NCBI GenBank assembly: GCA_946487895.1
Contig: CAMLUO010000004.1
Span: forward strand, 9,990-73,989
Source: an uncultured Clostridium sp.
GTDB taxonomy: Bacteria > Bacillota > Clostridia > TANB77 > CAG-508
Direction of reading: 5' to 3'
Length of the DNA stretch: 64,000 nt
Within the stretch, counting starts at the first letter, position 1; every line of letters starts with the position of its first letter. This document shows, one piece after another, positions 8,929 through 19,400 of this stretch. A program made the translations under genes and the position numbers. The notes below the pieces were generated by a model. It saw only the letters and a list, made by a program, of their open reading frames with translations. It had not been told where the DNA came from and made no database searches.

Positions 8929-11900
8929 ATGAATAGAACAATAAATAAGGCAAAGAAAATAATTATATCAATAATTGCAATGATTATTGGAATAATAGGT
9001 TTTACTACTATAAGTTCGGCATATTATGTGGGACAACAATTAACAGTTACATATTCACAATATAGAGATAATGCTGATATATACTGTGTTGAGCATGGTC
9101 AAGCTCTACGTGGAAGTGTAGTATATAGAATTATATCTTCAGTTGATATAAATGGAAAAACATCAACAGATCATACTGGAAAACAGATTACACATGATGA
9201 TAATGCTAAACTTGCATATATATTATCAGCAGATAATGGAAGCGATAAAGATAGTGGACCAGTTGCAAATGGTGTATGGAACTTTATCTATACATGGATG
9301 CAAAGTGTTGGAAAAAATCATGCAGGTTTATACAATGGATTTGCAAGTAATAACAGAGGAAGTCATAGCAACTTAAATTCAGAAGCAAATGAATATGCAA
9401 AAAATTTAGGAAGTGCCGAAATTACTGACAATACAAATAAAGATAATATTCAAGTAAAAGCTTACCAAAGAGATGGACAAGATTATTTAAGAATTGGACC
9501 ATTTAATTGGACTTTCTCTGGAACCATTAAAGGAGTTACAGCTCAAGACCAAAATAGTAATAATATAAACGGATTGATATATAGTAGCTTTAATGGAAAC
9601 AATGAATACTGGTATAATGTAGATGAAATAAAATCAGGAAGAGATTTCTATATATCAATTCCTGCAAATGCAAATATAACAAGAATAACAAGGATTTCAG
9701 CAACTGCTAGTATAGATGTTAAAGGTGTAAAAATATGGTTTTTAGAAGCAAAAAATGGATATATGCAAAACTTAATTATAAGAGAACCATATACAGGTCA
9801 AGATGAAATTACAACACCATTTGACTATGATATACCTATTCTAGGAAATTTGAAAGTAATAAAAGTAAATAAAGACAATCATGAAATAAGACTAGAAGGT
9901 GTAGGTTTCTATATTCAACATAAGCAAACAGGAAAATATGTACATCAAGATTCAAATGGAAATATCTCATATGTAGATAATAGACAACAGGCAACAGAAT
10001 TTGTAACTGATAGCAATGGTGAAATACTAATTAGAAATCTGGTAGTTGGTACATATGTAGCATATGAAACAAAAAATCCTAATTATGGATATGAAATAAT
10101 ATCAGATGGACAAGAACAAGAAATTGTAGTTGACAAAACAACAGATTTTGTAATTGAAAATGATCAAATATATGTAAAATTATCAGGATTTGTATGGGTT
10201 GATAAACAAGACCAAAAACAATGGATAAGAAATGATTTATATGATTATGACATTATAGAAAATGGCGAAGAAGTATATTCAGATGGTAATGATATTTTAT
10301 TAAATGGTATTATAGTTAGATTAAAAGATAGAACTACTGGTGAAACTGTAAAAGAAATGAAAACAGGAGAAAATGCAGAATTAGGAGACGGACAATATTT
10401 ATTTACAGATGTATTAATAGACAAATTATCTGATTACTATATCGAATTTGAATATGATGGTTTAACATATACAAATGTAACACCATATAATCAAATACAA
10501 TCTGACTTATATACAGACGAAGAGCTATTAGAACAAAAGACTTCAAAAGCAGCTGAAAGTGCAGAAGAAAGAGATGCATTTAATAAAGGATTTAGTGTAG
10601 TAGAAGGAAGAACACAAACAACAGGATTTACAAGGGACGAAAATGGAAATGAAAGACATCAATTGACATATAATTTCAATTCATTAGAACACAATTCTAC
10701 ATTAATTAATAATGGACAATATCCAATAACAGCAAATACAGATGTTCCTCAATATTTGATTAGAGAACACTTTACATATGGACAAGAAGAAATAAAATAC
10801 ATCAATTTAGGATTATATGAAAGAGAACAACCAGACTTAGCAATTGTTAAAGATATTGAAAATGTTAGAGTTGCAGTAAATGGATATGAACACACATATG
10901 AATATGCACAAAGATTTAATCATCCAGAAAACTATGGAGGAGACGGATTTAATGTAGGTGTTAAATTTGGAGAAAAATATGCAGCAGAGCCATACAAAAG
11001 AGCAATTTATGAAGCAGATTATGAATATGTAAATGAAAATGATCCAAGTAAAGAATTAAAAGTATATATTACATATAAAATAGCTATGAATAATCAATCA
11101 ACAAATTTAATTGCTCAAATAAATAGTATTGTAGATTATTATGATAGTAGATATAGTATTGTCGGAATAGGTACAGGTGTAGATGAAGCTGGAAATATAA
11201 CAGGAAATCTTGAATATACAAATGGTACTTATAATGATAACTATAATCGAGTAATAATTAATAATAACACTAGAATTAATCCATTGACAAGTACTTTAGA
11301 TGCAGATGAAGGAAATGTATATGTACAATTTGAATTGAATAGAGAAGCGGTAATTAATGTACTAAATGGACAAGAAAACTTAGATAATGTGGTTGAAATT
11401 AATTCATATTCAATATTCGATGGCAATGGAAATGTATATGCAGGTATAGACAAAGATTCTAATCCAGGAAGTTCTAATCCAGAAGATAAGACAACATATG
11501 AAGATGACACAGATGCAGCATTATCTTTACAATTAGAAGTAGCAGACGCAAGAGAAATGACTGGTAAAGTATTCGAAGATGAGCCAATAGCAGAAGATGG
11601 AGAAGATACATCAGGTATTATGACAGGAAAAGTAAGACAAGGTAGTGGAATTTACGAAGATGGCGAAACTGGAATTGCAGGAGTAGAAGTAACATTAACA
11701 GAAAATACAGGAAGTGGAAAAGTATATACTGCAACAACAGATGAAAATGGTGATTTCTATATAAGTGGATATATACCAGGAGACTATACATTAACATATA
11801 CATGGGGAGACCAAACATATACAGTTCAAAATTACAAAGGTACAGTATATAATTCTGATAGAGACCAAAATAATGTAGAATGGTATAAGCAAGATGTAGA

Positions 11901-12966
11901 TACACGTTATACAGATGCTTTAGATGATTATGAATTAAGAGGGCAAATAGATGCAGAATTAGCACATGTTGAAAATAGTACACAAACAACAATTGATAAA
12001 ATGAATTCTACAACTCCAACTATGGGAATAGGCGTAGAATATGAAACAACAACAACTGCATCAACAGGAGACAGATACACATATCAAATAAGAAATATAG
12101 ACTTTGGTATCATTGAAAGAGCTAAACAAGATCTTACACTTGCTAAAAAGGTAAGAACATTAAAAATTACATTAGCTAATGGACAAGAAGTAAGTAATAT
12201 TAGAATAGAAGATGATGGAACAATAACAGGAGATAGTAGTAATGTAACATATATGCCACCATCAGAGACAACAAGTCCTTCTAATGGATTTGTAAGAGTT
12301 GAGTTAGATAATGAAATGATACAAGGAGCTACACTAGAAGTAGGATATGAATTTATTGCAACAAACAATAGTGAATTAGACTACTTATCAGAAAACTTCT
12401 ATAAATATGGAATTATTGAAGGAGATGTAGTAACAATTAGTGCATCAGGAATTATAGATTATTTGGATAAGGATTGGGCATTTGATAGTGAAGCAAATAG
12501 TGAGTGGCGAGTAGTATCTCTAGATGAAATAAAAGATTTATTACAAGAAGATGTATATCAAAGTGAAACTTCAACAATAAATGATAAAACAATTCTTTAT
12601 ACAGATAGTTTAAAAGATACAAGAATTGAACCAACTCAATCTCAAAGTGTAATGCTAAATGTATCAAAGATTTTAACAACAAGTGAGGATATATCTTTAA
12701 ATAACGAAACTGAAGTTGTAGAAGTAGACAAAACAGGTGGATCTGATTTAGTATCTACACCAGGTAACTATATACCAGGAACAGGAGATAAAGAGTCAGA
12801 TGAAGATATGGCTGAAACAGTTATAGTTACACCAGCAACAGGTGAAAACTTATCATATGTATTACCAATTACTATTGGAATAATTGCATTATTGATAATA
12901 GCAGGAGGAGTTGTAATTATAAAGAAAAAAGCATTAGGAAATAATAAATCATCTGAAGAAAAATAG
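8929..12966 (+). CDS. Giant surface protein B1 (1345 aa): Cys/Gln N-terminal domain + SpaA-type + SdrD-B-like domains + TPATG sorting-like signal
   Basis: Start 20 nt after A1 stop with SD aaaggagg. Signal peptide ...TTISSA/YY. SpaA/prealbumin-type GNLKVIKVNKDNHEIRLEGVGFYIQ...GTYVAYETKNPNYGYE. SdrD-B-like LSGFVWVDKQD...GDGQYLFTDV...YYIEFEYDG. GIDKDSNPG...TYEDDTD motif. C-terminus VTPATGE + hydrophobic stretch + KKKALGNNK. Confidence 0.9.
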   Translation: MNRTINKAKKIIISIIAMIIGIIGFTTISSAYYVGQQLTVTYSQYRDNADIYCVEHGQALRGSVVYRIISSVDINGKTSTDHTGKQITHDDNAKLAYILSADNGSDKDSGPVANGVWNFIYTWMQSVGKNHAGLYNGFASNNRGSHSNLNSEANEYAKNLGSAEITDNTNKDNIQVKAYQRDGQDYLRIGPFNWTFSGTIKGVTAQDQNSNNINGLIYSSFNGNNEYWYNVDEIKSGRDFYISIPANANITRITRISATASIDVKGVKIWFLEAKNGYMQNLIIREPYTGQDEITTPFDYDIPILGNLKVIKVNKDNHEIRLEGVGFYIQHKQTGKYVHQDSNGNISYVDNRQQATEFVTDSNGEILIRNLVVGTYVAYETKNPNYGYEIISDGQEQEIVVDKTTDFVIENDQIYVKLSGFVWVDKQDQKQWIRNDLYDYDIIENGEEVYSDGNDILLNGIIVRLKDRTTGETVKEMKTGENAELGDGQYLFTDVLIDKLSDYYIEFEYDGLTYTNVTPYNQIQSDLYTDEELLEQKTSKAAESAEERDAFNKGFSVVEGRTQTTGFTRDENGNERHQLTYNFNSLEHNSTLINNGQYPITANTDVPQYLIREHFTYGQEEIKYINLGLYEREQPDLAIVKDIENVRVAVNGYEHTYEYAQRFNHPENYGGDGFNVGVKFGEKYAAEPYKRAIYEADYEYVNENDPSKELKVYITYKIAMNNQSTNLIAQINSIVDYYDSRYSIVGIGTGVDEAGNITGNLEYTNGTYNDNYNRVIINNNTRINPLTSTLDADEGNVYVQFELNREAVINVLNGQENLDNVVEINSYSIFDGNGNVYAGIDKDSNPGSSNPEDKTTYEDDTDAALSLQLEVADAREMTGKVFEDEPIAEDGEDTSGIMTGKVRQGSGIYEDGETGIAGVEVTLTENTGSGKVYTATTDENGDFYISGYIPGDYTLTYTWGDQTYTVQNYKGTVYNSDRDQNNVEWYKQDVDTRYTDALDDYELRGQIDAELAHVENSTQTTIDKMNSTTPTMGIGVEYETTTTASTGDRYTYQIRNIDFGIIERAKQDLTLAKKVRTLKITLANGQEVSNIRIEDDGTITGDSSNVTYMPPSETTSPSNGFVRVELDNEMIQGATLEVGYEFIATNNSELDYLSENFYKYGIIEGDVVTISASGIIDYLDKDWAFDSEANSEWRVVSLDEIKDLLQEDVYQSETSTINDKTILYTDSLKDTRIEPTQSQSVMLNVSKILTTSEDISLNNETEVVEVDKTGGSDLVSTPGNYIPGTGDKESDEDMAETVIVTPATGENLSYVLPITIGIIALLIIAGGVVIIKKKALGNNKSSEEK

Positions 12967-12983
12967 AATTGAAATATAAAAAA

Positions 12984-13023
12984 CTAAGATAGATAACTTA
13001 AGGTTTTCTATCTTAGTTTTTTT
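12984..13023 (+). terminator. Rho-independent terminator of cassette 1
   Basis: 10-bp stem ctaagataga / tctatcttag followed by a T7 run, 18 nt after the B1 stop. Confidence 0.8.
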
Positions 13024-13140
13024 ATCCAAAAAATGTTGTAATAAATTTGTAAAGAAAATTTTAAAAAGTAGTAATAAATCGATAAGAATATTATCCGTAG
13101 TAGTTTAGGGAATAATTGAGATATTAAGCTATAAAGATAG

Positions 13141-13168
13141 TTGAAAAATTTATAGAATATTATATAAT
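13141..13168 (+). promoter_or_regulatory. Sigma-A-type promoter (TTGAAA-N16-TATAAT) for the 988-aa gene
   Basis: TTGAAA 13141-13146, TATAAT 13163-13168, about 40 nt upstream of ATG 13207. Confidence 0.5.
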
Positions 13169-13206
13169 TATATATGATACAGACGTAATAGGTAGGAGAG
13201 ATTAAT

Positions 13207-16173
13207 ATGTTTAATTTGAAATATAAGAATGAAAAAGGCTCAATAACTTTATATGTATTAGTTGCAATGTTGTTAATGATAAGTGTTTTAACAATAGTGT
13301 ATATGCAGATAAACCAAAGAAACAATAATAAGTTAAAAGAGATATCAAATATACAGAGGGAATATCAAACTAATGATAGTATTATGGATGATAACTACAA
13401 TGAGATAATAGATAAAGGTGATGTGGAAATATATATAGTCTTGACAACACCAGATGGGAAACAGTATGATATAAACCAATGGACAAATCAAGATTTAAAC
13501 TTAAAAATATATTATCCAGAGGGTGTGTCTGATGATGAGAAATATTATTACAAAGATGGAGAAAAGTTAAAATATACAGAAAATGAAATAATAGAAGATA
13601 ATTGTACTATTAGAGCGGAATATAGAGATGTAGAAAAAGAAGTAAAAGTAACGAAAATAGATAAAATATTGCCAACAGTGACATTAGAACCAAATGGAGG
13701 AGATAAAACTATAAGTGTAGGAAATACAACAGCTAACATATCAGTAAAAGTTGAAGGAGAAGATAATAAAAGTGGAGTAAAAACAATAGAATATCAAATT
13801 TCAACTTCTGAAACAATGCCATCAGAGAATGATAGTAACTGGAAAGAAATAGAAAATGGAGGAACTATAAGTGAAAATAAAGAAGGTGGAAAATATTATA
13901 TATATACAAAAGTAACAGATAATGCAGGAAACGTAAATATACAAAAATCACAAGAATATAACATAAATTATGAGGTTGGATATGATGCAAATGGAGGAAG
14001 TGGAGCACCTTCAGCTCAAACTAAAGTACATGGAACGGCTTTGACATTAAGTTCAACAAAACCAACAAGAACAGGATATACATTTTTAGGATGGTCTACA
14101 ATAAGCAATGCAACAGCAGCGCAATATCAACCAGGGGGAAGTTATACAGAAGATAAATCAGTAATGTTGTATGCAGTATGGCAGGTAAATAGTTATACAG
14201 TTAGATATGATAATAACTATATGTCAAATAATATAATACCAAATGTTGTAGAACCATCAACATATTTGGGATGGAGAGTTACTACAACAAATACAGCAGC
14301 AACCGATTCAAGTGCTATAGACAAAACAGCTATAAAAATAACTTTTCCTGGATATGATGGTAGAAGTGGAGTTCAAAAGGAATTGTCTAATGATTTAACA
14401 ATAGGAAAAACATATACATTTAGTGTATATTTAAAAGCAAGTAGAAATCACAATAATGTAGTAATCGGACCACAACAGGGCGGAACTACGACGGTAAATG
14501 TAACAACATCATGGCAGAAGTTTACATATACATTCATAGCAAAATCAAATCAATATTCATCATTTGTTATTTATTCAAGTGCAAATGAATCTGAAACAAC
14601 AGATAGATGGAATAATGGAGATATTTTATATGTAAGTGGATTAGAATTAATGGAAGGGACATATAATAATTATAAACAAGATAGTAAACCATATAATACA
14701 TCTTTAGGAACATTGGATACACCAACAAGGAATGGGTATACATTTGATGGTTGGTACACCGCTCCAATAGGGGGAACAAAAATAAGTAGCTTAACAACAG
14801 TACCGGCATATGATGTGACATATTATGCACATTGGGTAGACAAAGTAGGTCCAACAATTGGAAATTTAACCTTGAGTACAACAAATTGGACAAAAAACAA
14901 TATTACAATAACAGGAGAGGCAACAGATGTTGGATCAGGTACAAGTTATTATCAGTTTAGTGCTAATGATAATTTAACAGCATCATCAGGAGGATGGCAA
15001 AAAATAACAAATACTAAGTCAAAAATAACTAAAACATTTACGGCATCAACGAATGATACATACTATTTCTATGCTAAAGATCAATCAGGAAATGTTAGTA
15101 AAAAGTCAATTTTGGTAAATAGGATAGATAAAATAGCTCCAACTATAAATATAGGTACTAATGGAGGAACATATGTGATAGCATCTGGTAGTACAACAGC
15201 AACTATTTCAACAAAATTAACGGCAAATGATACAGGTGGAAGTGGATTAAATACTTTGCAGTATGCATGGAGTACTAGTAATTCTACGGCACCAAGTGCA
15301 TGGAGTAATTTTACAAATTCTCGAACTATAAGTAGTAAGAGAGAAAATTCACTTTACTATTTATGGGTTAAAGTAACTGATAAGGCAGGAAATTCAAAGC
15401 AAATAGTAAGTAATGCTTATAAAGTCTTTAATAATATAACTTTTTCAAAATCTAATAATAATATAACTGCTGAAAATATAAGTGTTACTGTTAGTTATGG
15501 AAATACCTTAACTAGTCAGTATGTTAAACAATATAGCTTTAATAATTCAACCTGGAGTACTTATAGTAATAAATTAACAATAACTGATTCTTGTACAGTA
15601 TATGCTAGAATATATGATACAACTAATAAAAAGGTAATTGTACAACGAAGTTTGAACATATCAAATATAAAGGATTTAGCATTACAAACCAGATTATATG
15701 TATCATCTAGAGGATTAGATTCAAGTTGGAGTAATATGTCAGGTCAAAAGGGAAATCCTAAAATGGATCATTTATATGTTGATCAAACGTCATCAGAATA
15801 TATATTTAAAATAGAAGGAATGTATTTAGCAGTCAAGGACGGCGTACCAAGTGATTCTATTCAAGTTAATACACATACAAGTAATGTGGGATGGCAAGGA
15901 TATAAAAATGCATCTTCTAGTAATGTGTTTGGACAGCCAGGTATTAATGAGGAACTTAAAAATTCTAATGGTTTATATTATTATCCATATGGAATTGAAG
16001 CAATACAAATGAAAGTAAAAGATTCTTTAAAGAATAAATATAGTATAAGATATAGGGTTTTAAATCCATATACAAAGAAATGGTCAAGTTGGGCTTCTGA
16101 TGGTAGTACAGCTGGTTCAGTTGAAACATCTCAACCAATATGTGCTATTGAAGTACAGATTCAACGAAAATAA
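13207..16173 (+). CDS. Multidomain surface protein (988 aa): N-terminal PilX_N/TadG-like anchor, three Ig-like repeats, two Listeria-Bacteroides (Flg_new) repeats flanking a CBM-like module, C-terminal ChW-like repeats
   Basis: SD aggaga before ATG. N-terminus KNEKGSITLYVLVAMLLMISVLTIVY. Three repeats of IDK[IV][LGA]PT...[KD]xSGxxxxxYQ...YY[IFL][YW]xKVTDxAGN. Flg_new repeats YDANGGSGAPS...TRTGYTFLGWS...LYAVW and TPTRNGYTFDGWYTAP...YYAHW. C-terminal GW/W-containing ChW-like repeats (VNTHTSNVGWQGYKN..., YRVLNPYTKKWSSWASDGSTAGS...AIEVQI). Confidence 0.85.
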   Translation: MFNLKYKNEKGSITLYVLVAMLLMISVLTIVYMQINQRNNNKLKEISNIQREYQTNDSIMDDNYNEIIDKGDVEIYIVLTTPDGKQYDINQWTNQDLNLKIYYPEGVSDDEKYYYKDGEKLKYTENEIIEDNCTIRAEYRDVEKEVKVTKIDKILPTVTLEPNGGDKTISVGNTTANISVKVEGEDNKSGVKTIEYQISTSETMPSENDSNWKEIENGGTISENKEGGKYYIYTKVTDNAGNVNIQKSQEYNINYEVGYDANGGSGAPSAQTKVHGTALTLSSTKPTRTGYTFLGWSTISNATAAQYQPGGSYTEDKSVMLYAVWQVNSYTVRYDNNYMSNNIIPNVVEPSTYLGWRVTTTNTAATDSSAIDKTAIKITFPGYDGRSGVQKELSNDLTIGKTYTFSVYLKASRNHNNVVIGPQQGGTTTVNVTTSWQKFTYTFIAKSNQYSSFVIYSSANESETTDRWNNGDILYVSGLELMEGTYNNYKQDSKPYNTSLGTLDTPTRNGYTFDGWYTAPIGGTKISSLTTVPAYDVTYYAHWVDKVGPTIGNLTLSTTNWTKNNITITGEATDVGSGTSYYQFSANDNLTASSGGWQKITNTKSKITKTFTASTNDTYYFYAKDQSGNVSKKSILVNRIDKIAPTINIGTNGGTYVIASGSTTATISTKLTANDTGGSGLNTLQYAWSTSNSTAPSAWSNFTNSRTISSKRENSLYYLWVKVTDKAGNSKQIVSNAYKVFNNITFSKSNNNITAENISVTVSYGNTLTSQYVKQYSFNNSTWSTYSNKLTITDSCTVYARIYDTTNKKVIVQRSLNISNIKDLALQTRLYVSSRGLDSSWSNMSGQKGNPKMDHLYVDQTSSEYIFKIEGMYLAVKDGVPSDSIQVNTHTSNVGWQGYKNASSSNVFGQPGINEELKNSNGLYYYPYGIEAIQMKVKDSLKNKYSIRYRVLNPYTKKWSSWASDGSTAGSVETSQPICAIEVQIQRK

Positions 16174-16286
16174 ATTGCTATATCAAATCAAAAGAAAAGC
16201 AACATTAGTTACACCAAGAAAAATATTACAAATGTTACAAAAATGTAAAAAAAACTTAAAAAAAGAGACAAAAAAAACGTGAAATG

Positions 16287-16315
16287 ACCTTCCGTAGTAA
16301 GCGGAAGGTTTTTTT
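16287..16315 (+). terminator. Rho-independent terminator
   Basis: 8-bp GC-rich stem accttccg / cggaaggt, 7-nt loop tagtaag, T7 run. Lies 114 nt after the stop at 16173. Confidence 0.8.
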
Positions 16316-16435
16316 GTTAAACTTGGAAAAAACTGATATTGATTTAATTTTAAATACTAGTTACTATATATTTAAGGAATAATATATCTAAAAATCGAAG
16401 TGAAAATTGTACTTCGAGAAAGGGAGAAGTTAGCT

Positions 16436-19400
16436 ATGAAAAGAAAAATTTTAAAACTAATACTTGTATCTCTGCTAATAATGCTATTAACAATGGCAGA
16501 CTTTATACTTGTAGGATACAATTTTGTATTAGCAGTATCAGAAAATCTAGGAGAACAGAATATCACAAGCAATATTCAAAATGTTGAATTTGATGTGTAT
16601 TTTAAGCAAGACAATTCGAAAATATATGAAAAACAATTGAATGTTGATGTAGAAGATACTCTTATTTTATACATAAGTGTAAAAGATAAGGGAATATTAA
16701 ATGATGCTAAAATACAAATGAATGAAGCTAACTTTAAAATTGTAAAAGAAAAAGTGCAAAATCCAAATATAAAACAAATAAATGAAGAAGCAAATGAAAT
16801 AACACTAAATCCAATAGCATCAGGAAACAGTATAGAAATAGAAATTCCAATTAAATTTAAAAAGCAAAATAGTTTTAATGCAAATTATTTTGAACAAGAA
16901 AATATAATAACAATTTCAGGAATATATAAAGACGAAACAGAGCAAAGCGTGACAAGTCAAAGAAGTTTAAAGATAAATTGGAGTGCAGAAACAGATGTTA
17001 ATTTAAATCAAAGTATAGAAAAATTTATAGGGCTAGGGGATAATGGAGTTTTATTACAACAAAATATAATCACAACTGTTATAGATGATAAATTGCCAAG
17101 AGAACAAGAAACATTAGAAATAAATGTGCCAGTAATTGAAGAACAAAAACCAAAAGAAATATATGCTCTATTAAATGGAGAAAAAGTAGATGATACAAAT
17201 ATCAATTATGATGAAAATACAAATCTATTAAGATTACAAAATGCAGATTTTGTTACTACTGATAATCAAACACTTTGGGGCAACGCAGAAAATGAATATC
17301 AAATAATTTATATTTATCCATCTGAAATAGGGGAAGAAAATAAAACAATACAATTAAACACAACATTAAATACAAAATTATTTACAAAAGATGAAATACA
17401 AAAACAAGATATGCAAGAAGTGGAAATAAGTAAAACAGGAAGTCTAGTGAATATAGAAAAAGATATTAACTTAGAACAAATATATAAAGGGTATTTATAT
17501 GCAAATACACAAAATGAAATTACATTTACAGAAGATGAAAAATTGAATATATCTTATACAGAATCAATAGAAAATATAGAATTAGACACTTTAGAAAATC
17601 AATTTGTAAATGCTGATGGTGTAGAATTTTCAGCAGGTAACAGTATAAGTTATAAAGGATTAGTTGTTAATAAAGCAAACATGATAGAAATGCTAGGGCA
17701 AGACGGAAATATTACAATTCAAGACGAAAATAACACAGTAATTGCAGTAATTAATGCAGCAACAGAAACTGATGAAAATGGCAATATAAATATTACATAT
17801 ACTGGAGATTTAAATAATTTAAAAATAATAATTTCTAAACCAATAACAGAAGGAACATTAACTTTAAGACATTTAAAATCACTTAAAGGTGAAAATATAT
17901 ATACAAAAGAAGAGCTAAAATCTTTTACAGCACTTGTTGCAAGAAGTAAAGTTATTGCAGGATTAGGAGAAGAAATAGGAGAAGCAAATATATTATTACA
18001 AGATACAAAAACAGATGCTAAAATTACATTAAGTAATACAGATTTGTCAACTTTGCAGACAAATGAAAATGTACAAATGTTAATAACTTTAACAAGTAAT
18101 AATGAACAATATGATTTATACAAAAATCCATATGTTGAAATAATATTACCAAAAGAATTATCTGTTAATGTAAAAAATATTACTCAATTAAATAAACAAG
18201 ATGAATTAATGGTAGTTCATCCAACAATGCATAAAAATGAAGCTGGAGAAACAATAATTCAAATGCAATTACAAGGTGAACAAACAAGTTTTGAAAATAA
18301 TATTAATGAAGGTGTACAAATTTCAATTATAGCAGATATTTCAATTGAAAATACAGTACCAAGTATGGCTTCACAAATAGTGATAAATTATACAAATGGA
18401 AATAGAGAAGGAGAATCTTTTACTTCTCAAGTACCAATAACAATAAATTCTAAATACGGAGTATTATTAGTAAATGAATTATCAAACTATAATTCAAATG
18501 GAGATGTATTAGAAACTACAGATGACAAAGTAAAAGAAGGAACTCTTGATACAAGTTCAGAAGCAAAAATAGCAAACCAAGAGATTACAATTTTAAATAA
18601 TTATGAAAGCGAAATTACTGACATAGAATTAGTTGGAAGAATTCCAGAAAATGGACAAGATTTTAAATTAGAATTAGAAGATAATACACTTGCGGCAGGT
18701 GAAGTATCACATATTTTATCAGAGATAGAAATACCTGGAAATTTGGATTATAACCAAAGCATTTCGATTGAATTAGATTTAAGTTATAACTATTTAGGTG
18801 ATAATTTAAAAACAAGTTCAACAATGGTATTAAAAACAGCAAATGGAAAAGAAGAAGAACAACAAAATGGAAATCAATCATCTGAAAGTACAGAAGAACA
18901 AGAACCTCTAAGTGTTGAAGTTCAAGCAAGAACAGGTGGAGAATATTTAAAAGACGGAGAAAGCGTAAAAGAAGGTCAAGGAATTAAATATTTATTAAAA
19001 TTAACAAATAATACTGAAGAAGATATGACAAATATAAAGTTAACTGCTAATCATACAAATGCAATATTTTATGATGTAATTACATATAATGATGGATGGG
19101 ATTCAGTTACATATGAAGAAGATCAGGAATACACAAGAATAGAAGAAAATGAGGATTTAAAAGAAAAAGTTTTGGAAATTGAAACTTTAGCACCAGGTGA
19201 AAGTATAGAATTAAATTATCAATTTTCTGTAAAAGAAGTAATTGGTGAACTTGAAAAGACTTCAGGGCAAATACTAGTACAAGCAGATGGACAAGAAGAC
19301 AAAACTATACAAACAATTGAAAACCCAATAGAGCAAGCAGAAATTAAATTGCAAATGAGAAATAAATATAATGAGGAATATCCAATAGCAACAACTAATG

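Noticed and set aside
13207-13320. The 988-aa protein as a type IV pilin or pseudopilin, implying a hidden type IV pilus or Tad system.
   Set aside because: The hydrophobic N-terminus lacks the G/FTLxE prepilin peptidase site (no Glu at +5). There are no pilB/pilC/pilD/tad genes in the window. I treat it as a signal anchor resembling PilX_N/TadG.
16100-16282. 60-aa + strand ORF spanning the end of the 988-aa gene and the A-rich spacer.
   Set aside because: It overlaps the well-supported gene in another frame, is K-rich because of poly-A DNA, has no SD, and the region is better explained by the conserved intergenic module and terminator.
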